The translations under genes and the position numbers were made by a program. Source: Eledone cirrhosa (taxonomy: Eukaryota). From it: a DNA stretch of 64,000 nt. A model generated the notes under the pieces. The model ran no database searches. It worked only from the letters and a program-made list of their open reading frames with translations, and was not told the origin of the DNA. The stretch covers positions 339,946,001 to 340,010,000 of the forward strand of contig OZ024742.1 of the NCBI GenBank assembly GCA_964016885.1. The letters are read 5' to 3'. Of this stretch, positions 1-15,380 are shown piece by piece (the stretch's first letter is position 1; each line of letters opens with the position of its first letter).

Positions 1-3000
1 CATCACCATCACCATTGTCACACTAGTCATCATCACCATTGTCAAATAAGTCATCACCATCACCATTGTCACACTAGTCATCACCATCACCATTGTCACA
101 CTAGTCATCATCACCATTGTCACAGTAGTCATCACCATCACCATTGTCTAACTAGTCATCACCATCACCATTGTCACACTAGTCACCATCACCATTGTCA
201 CAGTAGTCATCACCATCACCATTGTCTCACTAGTCATCACCATCACCATTGTATCACTAGTCATCATCACCATTGTCACACTAGTCATCACCATCACCAT
301 TGTCACACTAGTCATCACCATCACCATTGTCACACTAGTCATCATCACCATTGTCACACTAGTCATCACCATCATCATTGTCACACTAGTCATCACCATC
401 ACCATTGTCACACTAGTCATCATCACCATTGTCACACTAGTCATCACAATCACCATTGTCACACTAGTCATCACCATCACCATTGTCACACTAGTCATCA
501 TCACCATTGTCACACTAGTCATCACCATCACCATTGTCACACTAGTCATCATCACCATTGTCACACTAGTCATCACCATCACCATTGTCACACTAGTCAT
601 CATCACCGTTGTCACACTAGTCATCACCATCACCATTGTCACACTAGTCATCATCACCATTGTCTCACTAGTCATCATCACCATTGTCACACTAGTCATC
701 ACCATCACCATTGTCTCACTAGTCATCATCACCATCACCATTGTCACACTAGTCATCACCATCACCATTGTCACACTAGTCATCATCACCATTGTCACAC
801 TAGTCATCACCATCACCATTGTCTCACTAGTCATCACCATCACCATTGTCACACTAGTCACCATTGTCACACTAGTCATCACCATCACCATTGTCTCACT
901 AGTCATCACCATCACCATTGTATCACTAGTCATCATCACCATTGTCATACTAGTCATCACCATCACCATTGTCTCACTAGTCATCACCATCACCATTGTC
1001 TCACTAGTCATCACCATCACCAATTGTCACACAAGTCATCATCACCATTGTCACACTAGTCATCACCATCACCATTGTCTCACTAGTCATCACCATCACC
1101 ATTGTCTCACTAGTCATCACCATCACCATTGTCACACTAGTCATCATCACCATTGTCACACTAGTCATCACCATCACCATTGTATCCCTAGTCATCACCA
1201 TCACCATTGTCTCACTAGTCATCACCATCACCATTTTCACACTAGTCTTCACCATCACCATTGTCACACTAGTCATCACCATCAACATTGTCACACTAGT
1301 CATCATCACCGTTGTCACACTAGTCATCACCATCACCATTGTCACACTAGTCATCACCATCACCATTGTCTCACTAGTCATCACCTTTGTCACACTAGTC
1401 ATCATCACCATTGTCTCACTAGTCATCACCATCACCATTGTCACACTAGTCATCATCACCATTGTCACACTAGTCATCACCATCACCATTGTATCACTAG
1501 TCATCACCATCACCATTGTCTCACTAGTCATCACCATCACCATTGTCACACTAGTCTTCACCATCACCATTGTCACACTAGTCACCACCATCACCATTGT
1601 CACACTAGTCATCATCACCATTGTCACACTAGTCATCACCTTTGTCACACTAGTCATCACCATCACCATTGTCTCACTAGTCATCACCTTTGTCACACTA
1701 GTCATCATCACCATTGTCTCATTAGTCATCACCATCACTATTGTCACAATAGTCATCATCACCATTGTCACACTAGTCATCACCATCACCATTGTCTCAC
1801 TAGTCATCACCGTCACCATTGTCACACTAGTCATCATCACCATTGTCTCACTAGTCATCACCATCATCATTGTCACACTAGTCATCATCACCATTGTCAC
1901 ACTAGTCATCACCATCACCATTGTCTCACTAGTCATCACCATCACCATTGTCACACTAGTCATCATCACCATTGTCACACTAGTCATCATCACCATTGTC
2001 ACACTAGTCATCACCATCACCATTGTATCACTAGTCATCACAATTGTCACACTAGTCATCACCATCACCAGTGTCACACTAGTCATCACCATCACCATTG
2101 TCACACTAGTCATCACCATCACCATTGTCTCACTAGTCATCACCATCACCATTGTTACACTAGTTATCATCAGCAACACCATTGTCTCACTAGTCATCAC
2201 CATCACCATTGTCACTAGTCATCATCCCCATTGTCACACTAGTCATCACCGTCACCATTGTCACACTAGTCATCACCATTGTCACGCTAGTCATCACCAT
2301 CACCATTGTCTCACTAGTCATCACCATCACCATTGTCACACTAGTCATCATCACCATTGTCACACTAGTCATCACCATCACCATTGTCACACTAGTCATC
2401 ATCACCATTGTCACACTAGTCTTCACCATCACCATTGTCACACTAGTCATCATCACCATTGTCTCACTAGTCATCACTATCACCATTGTCACACTAGTCA
2501 TCACCATCGCCATTGTCACACTAGTCATCACCATCACCATTGTCACACTAGTCATCATCACCATTGTCACACTAGTCATCACCATCACCATTGTCACACT
2601 AGTCATCATCACCATTGTCACACTGGTCATCACCATCGCCATTGTCACACTAGTCATCATCACCATTGTCACACTGGTCATCACCATCACCATTGTCACA
2701 CTAGTCATCACCATCACCATTGTAACACTAGTCATCATCACCATTGTCACACTGGTCATCACCATCGCCATTGTCACACTAGTCATCATCACCATTGTCA
2801 CACTAGTCATCACCATCACCATTGTCACACTAGTCATCATCATCACCATTGTAACACTAGTCATCATCACCATTGTCACACTGGTCATCACCATCGCCAT
2901 TGTCACACTAGTCATCATCACCATTGTCACACTAGTCATCACCATCACCATTGTCACACTAGTCATCTTCACCATTGTCACACTAGTCATCACCATCACC

Positions 3001-4190
3001 ATTGTCACACTAGTCATCATCACCATTGTCACACTAGTCATCACCATCACCATTGTCACACTAGTCATCACCATCACCATTGTCACACTAGTCATCATCA
3101 CCATTGTCACACTGGTCATCACCATCGCCATTGTCACACTAGTCATCACCATCACTATTGTCACACTAGTCATCACCATCACCATTGTAACACTAGTCAT
3201 CATCACCATTGTCACACTGGTCATCACCATCGCCATTGTCACACTAGTCATCATCACCATTGTCACACTAGTCATCACCATCACCATTGTCACACTAGTC
3301 ATCACCATCACCATTGTCACACTAGTCATCATCACTATTGTCACACTAGTCATCATCACTATTGTCACACTGGTCATCACCATCACCATTGTCACACTAG
3401 TCATCATCACCATTGTCACACTAGCCATCACCATCACCATTGTCACACTAGTCATCATCACCATTGTCACACTAGTCATCACCATCACCATTGTCACACT
3501 AGTCATCACCATCACCATTATCACACTAGTCATCATCACCATTGTCACACTAGTCATCACCATCACCATTGTCACACTAGTCATCACCATCACCATTGTC
3601 ACACTAGTCATCATCTCCATTGTCACACTGGTCATCACCATCGCCATTGTCACACTAGTCATCATCACCATTGTCACACTGGTCATCACCATCGCCATTG
3701 TCACACTAGTCATCACCATCACTATTGTCACACTAGTCATCATCACCATTGTCACACTGGTCATCACCATCGCCATTGTCACACTAGTCATCACCATCAC
3801 TATTGTCACACTAGTCATCATCACCATTGTCACACTAGTCATCACCATCACCATTGTCACACTAGTCATCATCACCATTGTCACACTAGTCATCACCATC
3901 ACCATTGTCACACTAGTCATCACCATCACCATTATCACACTAGTCATCATCACCATTGTCACACTAGTCATCACCATCACCATTGTCACACTAGTCATCA
4001 TCACCATTGTCACACTAGTCATCACCATCACCATTGTCACACTAGTCATCATCACCATTGTCACACTAGTCATCACCATCACCATTGTCACACTAGTCAT
4101 CACCATCACCATTATCACACTAGTCATCATCACCATTGTCACACTAGTCATCACCATCATCATCAGCAATGTCTCAGTAGTCATCTCCAT
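1..4190. repeat. Minisatellite of interleaved 21-bp and 27-bp units CCATTGTCACACTAGTCATCA(CCATCA)
   Basis: Unit read directly, continuing from the window start. Unit lengths are multiples of 3, which explains the long MVMVMTSVT / ITIVTLV ORFs. Confidence 0.97.
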
Positions 4191-4224
4191 CAACATCACG
4201 ATTTGTCACGGTAGTCATCCTCCT

Positions 4225-4606
4225 CTTCACCACAACCACCATCACCACCACCACCACCACCAATACCACCACAACCACCACCATCACCGTCATCATAACC
4301 ACCACCATTGTCATAGTAATCATCATCATCTTTACAATCACCACCACCACCACCACCACCACCACCACCACCACCACCATCACCACCACCATCACCACCA
4401 CCACCATTACCACAGCCCCTCCACCATCACCATCACCATCACCATCACCACCAACACAACCACCACCACCACCACCACCACCACCACAATCATCACCACA
4501 GCCCCACCACCATCACCACCACTTCTACCATCACCATCACCACCACCACCACCACCACCACCACCACCACCATCACCACCACCACCACCACGACCATCAC
4601 CACCAT
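4225..4606. repeat. (CAC/CAT)n trinucleotide microsatellite
   Basis: Direct reading; continuous with the CAT/CAC-derived minisatellite. Confidence 0.95.
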
Positions 4607-5668
4607 CTATAATTCTAGCCATCAAACCATCTTAATTCTATAATAAATAAACGTACGGAATTATTTTCGCTCTGCTTGCATAAATCCCATAGAACTTTCC
4701 ATAAAGTATACAACTAATATCTCACTACCTAATTAGTTTAAAATCTTCTTTTCTCAAACACTTTTATATATTTTACAAATATATCCATCTTTCTACCTTA
4801 TTTCAGTATATTATATTATACAATTTACTCATTCAATGTCCCCTATTTTTCTTCTTTTTTCCTTTTTTCCTTTTTTTTTTTTTCCTTTTTTCCTTTTTTC
4901 TTTTTTAATTTCTAATCTTTAATCTGTAACTTTTCCTTCCCAATTACTTCTTAATTCATATTATTACTCACTATAGCATTTTCCTTATATTCTTGGCCAT
5001 ACAAACTATATTTTTAATATATACTAATATTACCATTAGTAAATTTTGTAAACATATATATATTTTTTTGATGTTATATATTTTTCTTCCTTAAATTTTC
5101 TTCTTTCTTCTCTCCTTCCGTGCTCGTATTAAAGCTATTATTTACCTTTTCCTATTACAATACATAGAAACAAACTTAGACCCTAACTAATTCCTCTAAA
5201 TTCATAATTCATTTAATCTCTTCTTCATTCACCTTATCTCCTGAATATTTTTTTATTTTAATAATACATATTATTAAACCCTTCAATATATAAACCTTAA
5301 ATAAATACTATTCTTAATTCCTTTTTCTTTAATCATAAACATCACCATTCATAAACCTCATTAACTTTTAATTTCAAAATTGTTTTTAAATTATGTATTA
5401 TCTTACAACGGTTTTTTTTAAATTTCTCTCTGTGAGACAGTGTTTCTCAGTATTAAATGTTATCTCTCTCTCTCTCTCTCTCACTCACTCATTTCTCTTC
5501 CTCTCTCATCCTTCCTTCTTATACTCCTCCCCCGTCATCCTTTATTTTCTTTCTTCCTCTTCCTTACCTTTTCCTTACCTTTCCTTCTTTTTTTCCCAAT
5601 CTCATATATCCATCTTATTTTATTTTTCATACTCGCAAGTGTTTTTTAAGCTTCATATCATGTCTCCC

Positions 5669-5739
5669 TATTTTATCTGATGAGAACGCAAATATCATCC
5701 CATGTTGATATTTGTTTTTGAAATGCGCATAATAAAATA
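5669..5739 (+). ncRNA. Type I hammerhead ribozyme motif
   Basis: Stem I TATTTTAT/ATAAAATA; core CTGATGA; stem II GCAAATATCA/TGATATTTGT; GAAA; palindromic TGCGCA; predicted AUA cleavage triplet. Confidence 0.8.
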
Positions 5740-5861
5740 CATGGAACTCTTTTAACCATCTTTTGATCTTATATTATTTATACTCCAGTCGTATAAACTG
5801 TTGAGTGCTACTTATCCGATATTTACATTACTTTATTGTGCTACAATAAAACTCACATCCT

Positions 5862-5914
<53 letters not shown>

Positions 5915-5917
<3 letters not shown>

Positions 5918-7085
5918 CGATACATTAACGGAGCCATAGACTCTCGCCGTTCCCTGTAAATAATGTGCTCAAAGGAGAGGAAATCCTGACGTCTTTAAAA
6001 GACAATATGTTGAAAAGCTAGAGAGAGATACAGTGCGCTATCAATAAAACAGGAAAAACCACCACTGTATGGAATCTATAACCTATGAAATGCAGAGTAT
6101 AGACACAATAATTAAAAATACAAATTAAAGCGTAAATAAATACCTCTATAACTATATAACACACGTACAAATCCAACGTGATCTGTTTCACCAGTAAGTT
6201 GTTGACAGAAATGAAATAGCCCAGGTTCATTAGCGTGTGTAAGGCCATACATTTCAGACAACACTAAGAACATTTTTAAAGCGACCGTCCAGCTACACGT
6301 GAGAGAGAGAATCTATAACCTATGAAAGGCAGAGTATAGACACAATAATTAAAGATCACTTTGGATTTGTACGTGTGTTATATAGTTATAGAGGTATTTA
6401 TTTACGCTTTAATTTATATTTTTAATTATCATGTTTATACTCTGCATTTCATAGGTTATAGATTCCATACACTGGTGGTTTTTCCCTGTTTTATTGATAG
6501 CGCACTGTATCTCTCTCTAGTGTGTTACCTTTTCAACATATTGTATTTTAAAGAGCTCAGGATTTCCTCTTCTTTGAGCACATTATTTACAGGGAACGGC
6601 GAGAGTCTAAGGCTCCGTTAATGTATCGTCATATTTCGCTCCTTATAACAGTCTTTCCTCTCTCTCTGTTTGGTTGAGCACACTTCTCTGAGTGGTTTTG
6701 GGCTGCCCTTTCTAGCAGCTCGTCCCTCAGAGGCCACTGGTTCATGCCCTTAAACACGCTGTGACTTCTCTCTCCCACGTGTAGCTGGACGGTCGCTTTA
6801 AAAATGTTCTTAGTGTTGTCTGAAATGTATGGCCTTACACACGCTAATGAACCTGGGTTATTTCATTTTTGTCAACAACTTACTGGCGAAACAGATCATT
6901 TTGGATTTGTACGTGTGTTATATAGTTATAGAGATATTTATTTACGCTTTAATTTATAGTTTTAATTATCGTGTCTATACTCTGCCTTTCATAGGTTATA
7001 GATTCCATGCAATAGTGGTTTTTCCCTGTTTCATTGATAGCGCACTGTATCTCTCTCTAGTGTGTTACCTTTTCAACATATTGTA
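5915..7085. mobile_element. Non-autonomous PLE/retrozyme-like element: 540-bp-period partial tandem (+, 6354-7085) preceded by an inverted copy (-, 5915-6309), flanked by (TA)n
   Basis: TTGGATTTGTACGTGTGTTATATAG recurs at 6361 and 6901. 5915-6309 is the reverse complement of the unit across its junction. HHR motif present, no credible ORF. Confidence 0.75.
6837..6918 (+). ncRNA. Type I hammerhead motif with variant core CUAAUGA (second copy at 6159-6240, - strand)
   Basis: Stem I ACACACG/CGTGTGT; CTAATGA; GAAA; stem III CAGATC/GATTTG; GUA triplet. Confidence 0.7.
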
Positions 7086-7238
7086 TATATATATATATAT
7101 GGGTATATATATAAAACCGGATTATTAAATAATCTACAGCAGACAGTTAACAAGGAGGTCACTGTTTTGTATATTATTTTCTTGAGTTTCTGCACCATGT
7201 TTGTCATTGGTGTTATAATTATTGTTAATGTATATGTG

Positions 7239-7297
<59 letters not shown>

Positions 7298-7809
7298 AAG
7301 ATGAATATAAAATGAAAGTGCTTTTATAAAGGAATTTATTAGGTATTGACATATGTTTCTGTAACAGACGGAATACCTATGTATCGCTGCTTGCGTAATC
7401 ATATAATGTTAGCAAGTATTCTATAGCAAATGTATAATCAGTTGTCACTTCTTCAGAGATATTGGATAAATTGGAAAAAATCAGAAAAATTGAAGTATCT
7501 ATATTAGTAGTAAGAAAGGAAGAAGAGAGGGGATAGTATATGACAGATGGCAATTCAATTTGCTGGTAAACAAGTATATAGAAGGTTTTTAATGAGAATA
7601 CAATGAATATAAGGCTTATTTTATCTAAATAAGAATTTTTGGGAGTGCCTATTTTAATCTATATTTGACCAATTGAACAATGGACAGGGCTGGTCGTTTG
7701 GTGTAGTAGTATTAATACTAACGTGATGATATATTATCACTACATTATTGATAACTTGAAATTATATATATATATTTATATATTTATAAAAATATATATA
7801 TATATAACA

Positions 7810-7852
<43 letters not shown>

Positions 7853-8229
7853 CATATGTAATATATATATATTACATATGTTATTACATATATATATATA
7901 AATAGATAAATAAATGCCATTGTTAAATAATAAATAAATCAACTAATAACTTAACACTTCTAACCCAGAAAAAAGAGAGAGAGAAATAAAAAAGGAAAAA
8001 AATATATTTTTCTTCCTAGTAACCGTCTCTTTCTCCCTGTTTTCATATATTTAATGTGACCATATATATAGACATAACTATGTATATAACAATATATATA
8101 ACAATATATAACTATATATATATATAACTATAAAACTATATATATGTATTTATATATATATGTATTTATATATTTATGTGTACATACATATACATATATT
8201 TTAATAATAACAATACCAATAATATATAT

Positions 8230-8262
<33 letters not shown>

Positions 8263-8791
8263 CATACATATATATATATTAAGAAACACACAGATACAGT
8301 TGGGTGCGGATGCATTCATGTATATATGTGTGTGTCCGCATGTATCTGTGTGTTTCTTAATATATTAATAACTCCCTCTGGTCGAGCAATCTTTGAAGTG
8401 TGGGGACAACTGGAAAGCTTCCATTACTCATACTTCTCGCCTTCTTCACTACCTCTTCTACGGCCTCGATATGAATACCCCTTCCGCCTCCGTGGTATTT
8501 TCTTCGTGGTTATAAGAGGCTTAGCTCTGTTTCTCGACCGTTATATCGCGTGACTATCTCCCCCTCCGCCTTTTGGGATTCTTTCTCACGTCGTGTAGAC
8601 GCGTTCTTGAGACTAGTAAAATGAGGTATCCTCTTGATAAGTCGGCAGACCTCGCAAGGACTCTATATCTTTGATATATTGTTTTTGTTTATGCCACGAA
8701 ACTACGTAGTCGAGGAATTTAGGAACAGTTTAGGTATGATACATTTTATTACTAATTATATCTAAATGTTTCTTCTCTCTTCATAATGTAC

Positions 8792-8908
<117 letters not shown>

Positions 8909-9111
8909 TATACATACAAGTATGGACATGTAAATATATTTTCAAAGAAGATATAAATGAGATATAGTATGTATAATTAATTATAACTATGTATACGTAC
9001 TGCGTATATTTGGGTGTGAAATATTTAATGTGACCATATTCACATATGTATATGTTTCACATTGTCTCTCACACACACATCACATATATATATCCTCAAT
9101 CCATAATTTTA

Positions 9112-9223
<112 letters not shown>

Positions 9224-9245
9224 CCCTCTCTCTCTCTCTCTCTCT

Positions 9246-9544
9246 GGATTGGCAGTATCGGTAGAGGGTCGGACGCCATGCTTTCCAGCATAGTTACGTC
9301 CCTTTACGATTTGAGTTCAAATCCCGCCGAGGTTGACTTTGCCTTTCATCCTTACGGGGTCGATAAAATAAAGTACCAGTAATGCACTGGGTAATTGCTG
9401 GCCTTGTGCCTAAAGTAGAAACAATTATTTAATATTCAAATCCCGTCGAGGTTAACTTTGCCTTTCATCCTTACGGGGTCGATAAAATAAAGTACCAGTA
9501 ATGAAATGAGTAATTGCTGGCCTTGTGCCTAAAGTAGAAACAAT

Positions 9545-9548
<4 letters not shown>
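9246..9548 (+). mobile_element. tRNA-derived SINE (9246-9430) plus tandem 5'-truncated copy (9434-9548)
   Basis: A-box-like TGGCAGTATCGGT, B-box-like GAGTTCAAATCC, and body TTTGCCTTTCATCCTTACGGGGTCGATAAAATAAAGTACCAGT shared with more than 10 copies in the window. Confidence 0.9.
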
Positions 9549-9628
<80 letters not shown>

Positions 9629-9654
9629 AATATATATATATAAATATATATATA

Positions 9655-9744
<90 letters not shown>

Positions 9745-9786
9745 AATATATATATATAAATATATATATATAAATATATATATATA

Positions 9787-9862
<76 letters not shown>

Positions 9863-9876
9863 AATATATATATATA

Positions 9877-9955
<79 letters not shown>

Positions 9956-9965
9956 TTATATATAT

Positions 9966-9997
<32 letters not shown>

Positions 9998-10026
9998 TTA
10001 TATATATTTATATATATATATATATA

Positions 10027-10059
<33 letters not shown>

Positions 10060-10149
10060 TTTAAATAGTTAAACAATTTATTTTATTGATATTTGTATTT
10101 TAATATATATATATATATATATAAACAATCTATTTTATTAATATTTGTA

Positions 10150-10192
<43 letters not shown>

Positions 10193-10543
10193 GGAAAAAA
10201 TGAAATTTCATTTCTCACTCTTAGTACGGCTGATACTTGAATATAAGTATGTATACGTACATACATATATGTATACAGACGAGAAAAACCACAGACCCTC
10301 CATCTCAACTCTATTTTTGAAAAGCAGAAGAACTGCGAAACCTGTAAAGGAACCAAATAAATATATATATATTTTTTTAAAAACAAGACTCCAGTTGCAT
10401 TTTCGATTTCCTCTTTTTTTCTTTATACTTTCACTCGTGTAGGACACCTCGGTTATTTTCCATTTTGTAAAAAAAACCTCACTTTCTAATATATATATAT
10501 ATATATATATGCACACACACACACACACACATACACACACAGA

Positions 10544-10581
<38 letters not shown>

Positions 10582-11662
10582 TATATATATATATATGTGT
10601 GTGTGTGTATGTGTGTATGTGTGTGTGTGTGTTCGTGTGCTTGTGAGCCTGTGTGTGTATCAGCATGTGTTAGAAAGCAACAGTAAGACAACATTTGACG
10701 GAGTCCCAATACTATATAAAACCATATAACAATTAAATTAGGGATTGACGGGAATAGACCCTAACAAAATTACTTGTACTTTATTTAGTCAACCATTAAA
10801 TACAGTGACGTAATATTGACAAGGAGGGATAACTCCACATTCAGATTTATATGCATTATCGATCAGAGAAGTCAGAGAGGTATGACTAAGGTCACGTGGT
10901 AATCGATCATTCTCCCTGTGTAAATTGGCTGTGATAGAATTTGTTCTTGTTGTTTTATCCTACCCAATCAGCAATGATAAGCTGACATATCAAACGTATT
11001 CCATCCATGACCACCCTGTTGTGTTTTTTGTGGGTATATTGTATGGTAAATTGTCAGGGTGGTTTGATCATCAGATAGAATGCATGAAGGCCTTTCCTAG
11101 TGGTTAATGTCCTTTGATTGGCTGTTCCAAGGTCGTAACTTGGACTGGGTGGCCATTCATTTCGCCTGGTTTCTCTTAACACTAATGCAAATATCATTAA
11201 AACTTTCGGGAAAAAAGCCATCCTTGTGATAAAACCACGTAGGAGGTCAGCTAAACCACCATACGAGTAACCGGGCAAATATCACTTCCTTTCTTATCAT
11301 TTCTTAGAGAATAGCTTGCCGTATTAGTTTCAGTTTTCTGCAAACGGAGTTCCACTACCATCGAGCTCGCCTTGCTTTTCACCATTGTGAGATCTATAAA
11401 TAGAATATTCGTCCAGATCGGATGGTTAATGAAATTAGTAAGGCCTAGAACTGAATGCTTTCCGATATCTGCTTCAGGGCTTTGCTTTTGGATAACAGCG
11501 CACCGCGACACTGGGGCAAACTGTATCACAGCTTAGCTTTTCAGTGGATAACATCGGTGGCGCGGAGAATGGTAAGCATGGGCAAGTAAGCTTTTTCCAT
11601 AACAATAATACTAAAAAAAACCTACATGTACACCACACATATATATATATGTTTATATACAT

Positions 11663-11990
11663 ATTTCGTTTCTGAATTTGTTTAGCAAGATTCTTTATCT
11701 GAAATCGTGTGTTGAAACCGATATTGTTATACTTTGGGAGGGTCATGTTGCCAATAAGAAACACACGCACCAGTTGCTTTCACTTCAATTTATTATATAT
11801 TTATAAATTTATAAATTTACAAATCTACAAGTTTATATATTTCTGGTTGGTTGGTTGGAACCAACCAGAAATATATAAATTTGTAGATTTGTAAATTTAT
11901 AAATTTATAAATATATAATAAATTTAAGTGAAAGCAACTGGTGCGTGTGTTTCTTATTGGCAACATGACCCTCCCAAAGTATAACAATAT
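11663..11990. mobile_element. Palindromic element (arms 11721-11990) with a one-sided 58-bp extension; short version of 24790-25412
   Basis: Near-perfect inverted repeat centred near 11855. Same extension and same right end as 24790-25412; TA flanks. Confidence 0.85.
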
Positions 11991-12051
11991 TTATATACAT
12001 ATATATATATATATACACATATATATATACACACACGCAAATATATATATG

Positions 12052-12109
<58 letters not shown>

Positions 12110-12120
12110 CACACACACAC

Positions 12121-12152
<32 letters not shown>

Positions 12153-12397
12153 ATGAATATATGCATATATGCAAATATAAAGATATACACACATAGATGT
12201 ATAAAATGTATATACATGATATGTGTTTGTATGCGTAAATATATGCAGTGTCTGTACATGTAAGTATATATATGTATATATATATATGTCTGTATATACA
12301 CACAAACGTATATATATATTAGTGTGTATATATTTGTATACATATATATATATACACAAATATATGTATTTACATATACACATACACACATACATAC

Positions 12398-12553
<156 letters not shown>

Positions 12554-12912
12554 TATATTAGTGTGTGTATGAGCAGGCGCATGTTTGTAGATATTTCCGT
12601 AGATAAGGCGTTCTTAGCTTCCAGCACGAAACAACAACGCTAAAAACAAACAAACAAGCGAATAATACAAATGTAAACATATACATAAAATCGTAAAAAC
12701 AGACGAGTCCATTAAGAAGGAATAGGTGTCCATTGGTGTTTATTGAAATGTGCCTTAATTAGATTGTTAAACATCATTAGCAGCAAATCAATTTCCACGA
12801 GAGATCGGCAGCGACGTAGCAAAAATAACAGTTTCACAGATCGATAAATAATAATCAGATAGCATTTGATAGCTTGTTGCTTGCCTTTGCAGCAGTTAGA
12901 GTATGTTGTACG

Positions 12913-12948
<36 letters not shown>

Positions 12949-13023
12949 GATATGGTACTGTATGAAGTACGGTATATATATATATATATATATATAGTAT
13001 GTGGATATGGTGTACAGTGTATG

Positions 13024-13090
<67 letters not shown>

Positions 13091-13156
13091 ATATAGTGCA
13101 TGTGGATACGATTGTGTATGATGTATGTACCGTTTGTGTTATTTCTGTTTACCGTT

Positions 13157-13236
<80 letters not shown>

Positions 13237-13340
13237 TTAGGGAGTTATTAATGGGGTATGTTTATATATATTATGTATGTGTATATGTATATATATATAT
13301 ATATATATAGATGCACACACACACACACACGCGCATATAT

Positions 13341-13396
<56 letters not shown>

Positions 13397-13504
13397 AATC
13401 CAAGGCCTTCTCATTCTTGTTGACCTCGACCGCTTTCTGCTCATGTGTGTTAGCCGAAGCCGCCAAGCTCGCGGTAGACCCCTCTACTTGCTTTAATATA
13501 CATA

Positions 13505-13535
<31 letters not shown>

Positions 13536-13568
13536 ATACGTATATACACACACACATATATACATATA

Positions 13569-13632
<64 letters not shown>

Positions 13633-13802
13633 CATATGTATATATATGCATATATATATATATGTATGTATATATATATATATAAATGCAATATATATAT
13701 ATGTATATATATATAAAGTATATATATATATATAGAAATATATATACATGTATATATATATATATAGTTATACTATATATATATATATATATATATATAG
13801 TT

Positions 13803-13857
<55 letters not shown>

Positions 13858-13959
13858 GTTATACATACATATATATATATATATATATAGTTATATATAT
13901 ATATATATATATTTATATATGTATATACGCATATATATATATGTATATATACAGTATAA

Positions 13960-13996
<37 letters not shown>

Positions 13997-14163
13997 ATAT
14001 ATATATATATTTATATATATCATATATATATATATATATCATATATATATATATATATATATCATATGTATATATGATATATATATATATATCATATATA
14101 TATATATATATATATATATCATATGTATATATGATGTATATATATATATCATATGTATATATG

Positions 14164-14194
<31 letters not shown>

Positions 14195-14323
14195 TATATA
14201 TATATCATATGTATATATGATATATATATATATATATACACATATATATATATATATCATATGTATATATGATATATATATATATATATACACATATATA
14301 TATATATATCATATGTATATATG

Positions 14324-14354
<31 letters not shown>

Positions 14355-15010
14355 CACATATATATATATCATATGTATATATGATATATATATATATATA
14401 CACATATATATATATATATATCATATGTATATATGATATATATATATATCATATATACATATATATCAATACACAATACACAATAATATGTATCACATTG
14501 TCTAGTAATCGCTCAATGACAAAATTGTTGCAAAAAAGAAAAAAAACACCGATCAAAGCGTCCACAGATAATATTACCGAAATAAACGTATCCCAAACTA
14601 TGGCCGGATATATGCATATGAAAACCATAAGAAAAAGTGGGATTGCAAGCAATGAACTTACACTAAGATGGTTAAAATTGATTCTTAAACCTATACAGAT
14701 CTGTTTGAGCCGAAATGACGTAACGAAGCTACCATTATTAGATAAGAAGCATCATTAAGATGTTTGGCACTTCTCAGTAGGCAACATCTTATAATTCATA
14801 CATAGCACCAGTTGTCCGTCATGTATTCAAATCACAAGCTGGCAAAGTACATATATCATAACGACTAAGTGGAAGGATAAAGGCAGGCCAACAGGAATGG
14901 CATAACTAGCTCCTAGCTCGACCCATAAGTCAGCTCAACTAAATTCATAAATATTAGGAGCAGAGATAAAAGAATAATTTTGATCAATACAGAACATTAT
15001 ATATATATAT

Positions 15011-15041
<31 letters not shown>

Positions 15042-15049
15042 GAGAGAGA

Positions 15050-15111
<62 letters not shown>

Positions 15112-15112
15112 T

Positions 15113-15295
15113 CAAGTTAAATCGGGGGTAACCACAGTAAATAGGATACTCATTACATTAGTAGAGTGTAAACATCAATATTTAATATAGAAATAGCTTC
15201 TACAGGACTAGAACTGTTTCATTCCTATGAAATCATCCTGATGATTTCATAGGAAGGAAACAGTTCCGGTCTTGTAGAAGCTATTTCTATATTAA
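15113..15295. mobile_element. Palindromic HHR-bearing element (arms 15182-15295) folding back at the CTGATGA core
   Basis: Inverted arms ...CTTCTACAGGACTAGAACTGTTTC / GAAACAGTTCCGGTCTTGTAGAAG. Family copies at 41140, 53296 and 57715. Confidence 0.8.
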
Positions 15296-15317
15296 TCATT
15301 GATACACACACACGCAT

Positions 15318-15380
<63 letters not shown>

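Noticed and set aside
148-4635. Long ORFs of 291-808 aa (MVMVMTSVT / ITIVTLV)
   Set aside because: Translation of a minisatellite whose units are multiples of 3; open on both strands, with no non-repetitive domain.
7340-7379. - strand TAGGTATT...GAAACATATGTC AATACCTA hammerhead-like fold
   Set aside because: Stems I and III fit but CUGANGA is absent; not counted as an HHR. 10315-10350 and 55845-55875 are similarly degenerate.
8274-8365. Pre-miRNA-like hairpin (also 59895-59960)
   Set aside because: Arms are low-complexity or AT-rich, with no conservation or expression evidence.
9246-9330. tRNA gene
   Set aside because: A/B boxes are present but there is no cloverleaf, and the sequence continues into the SINE body.
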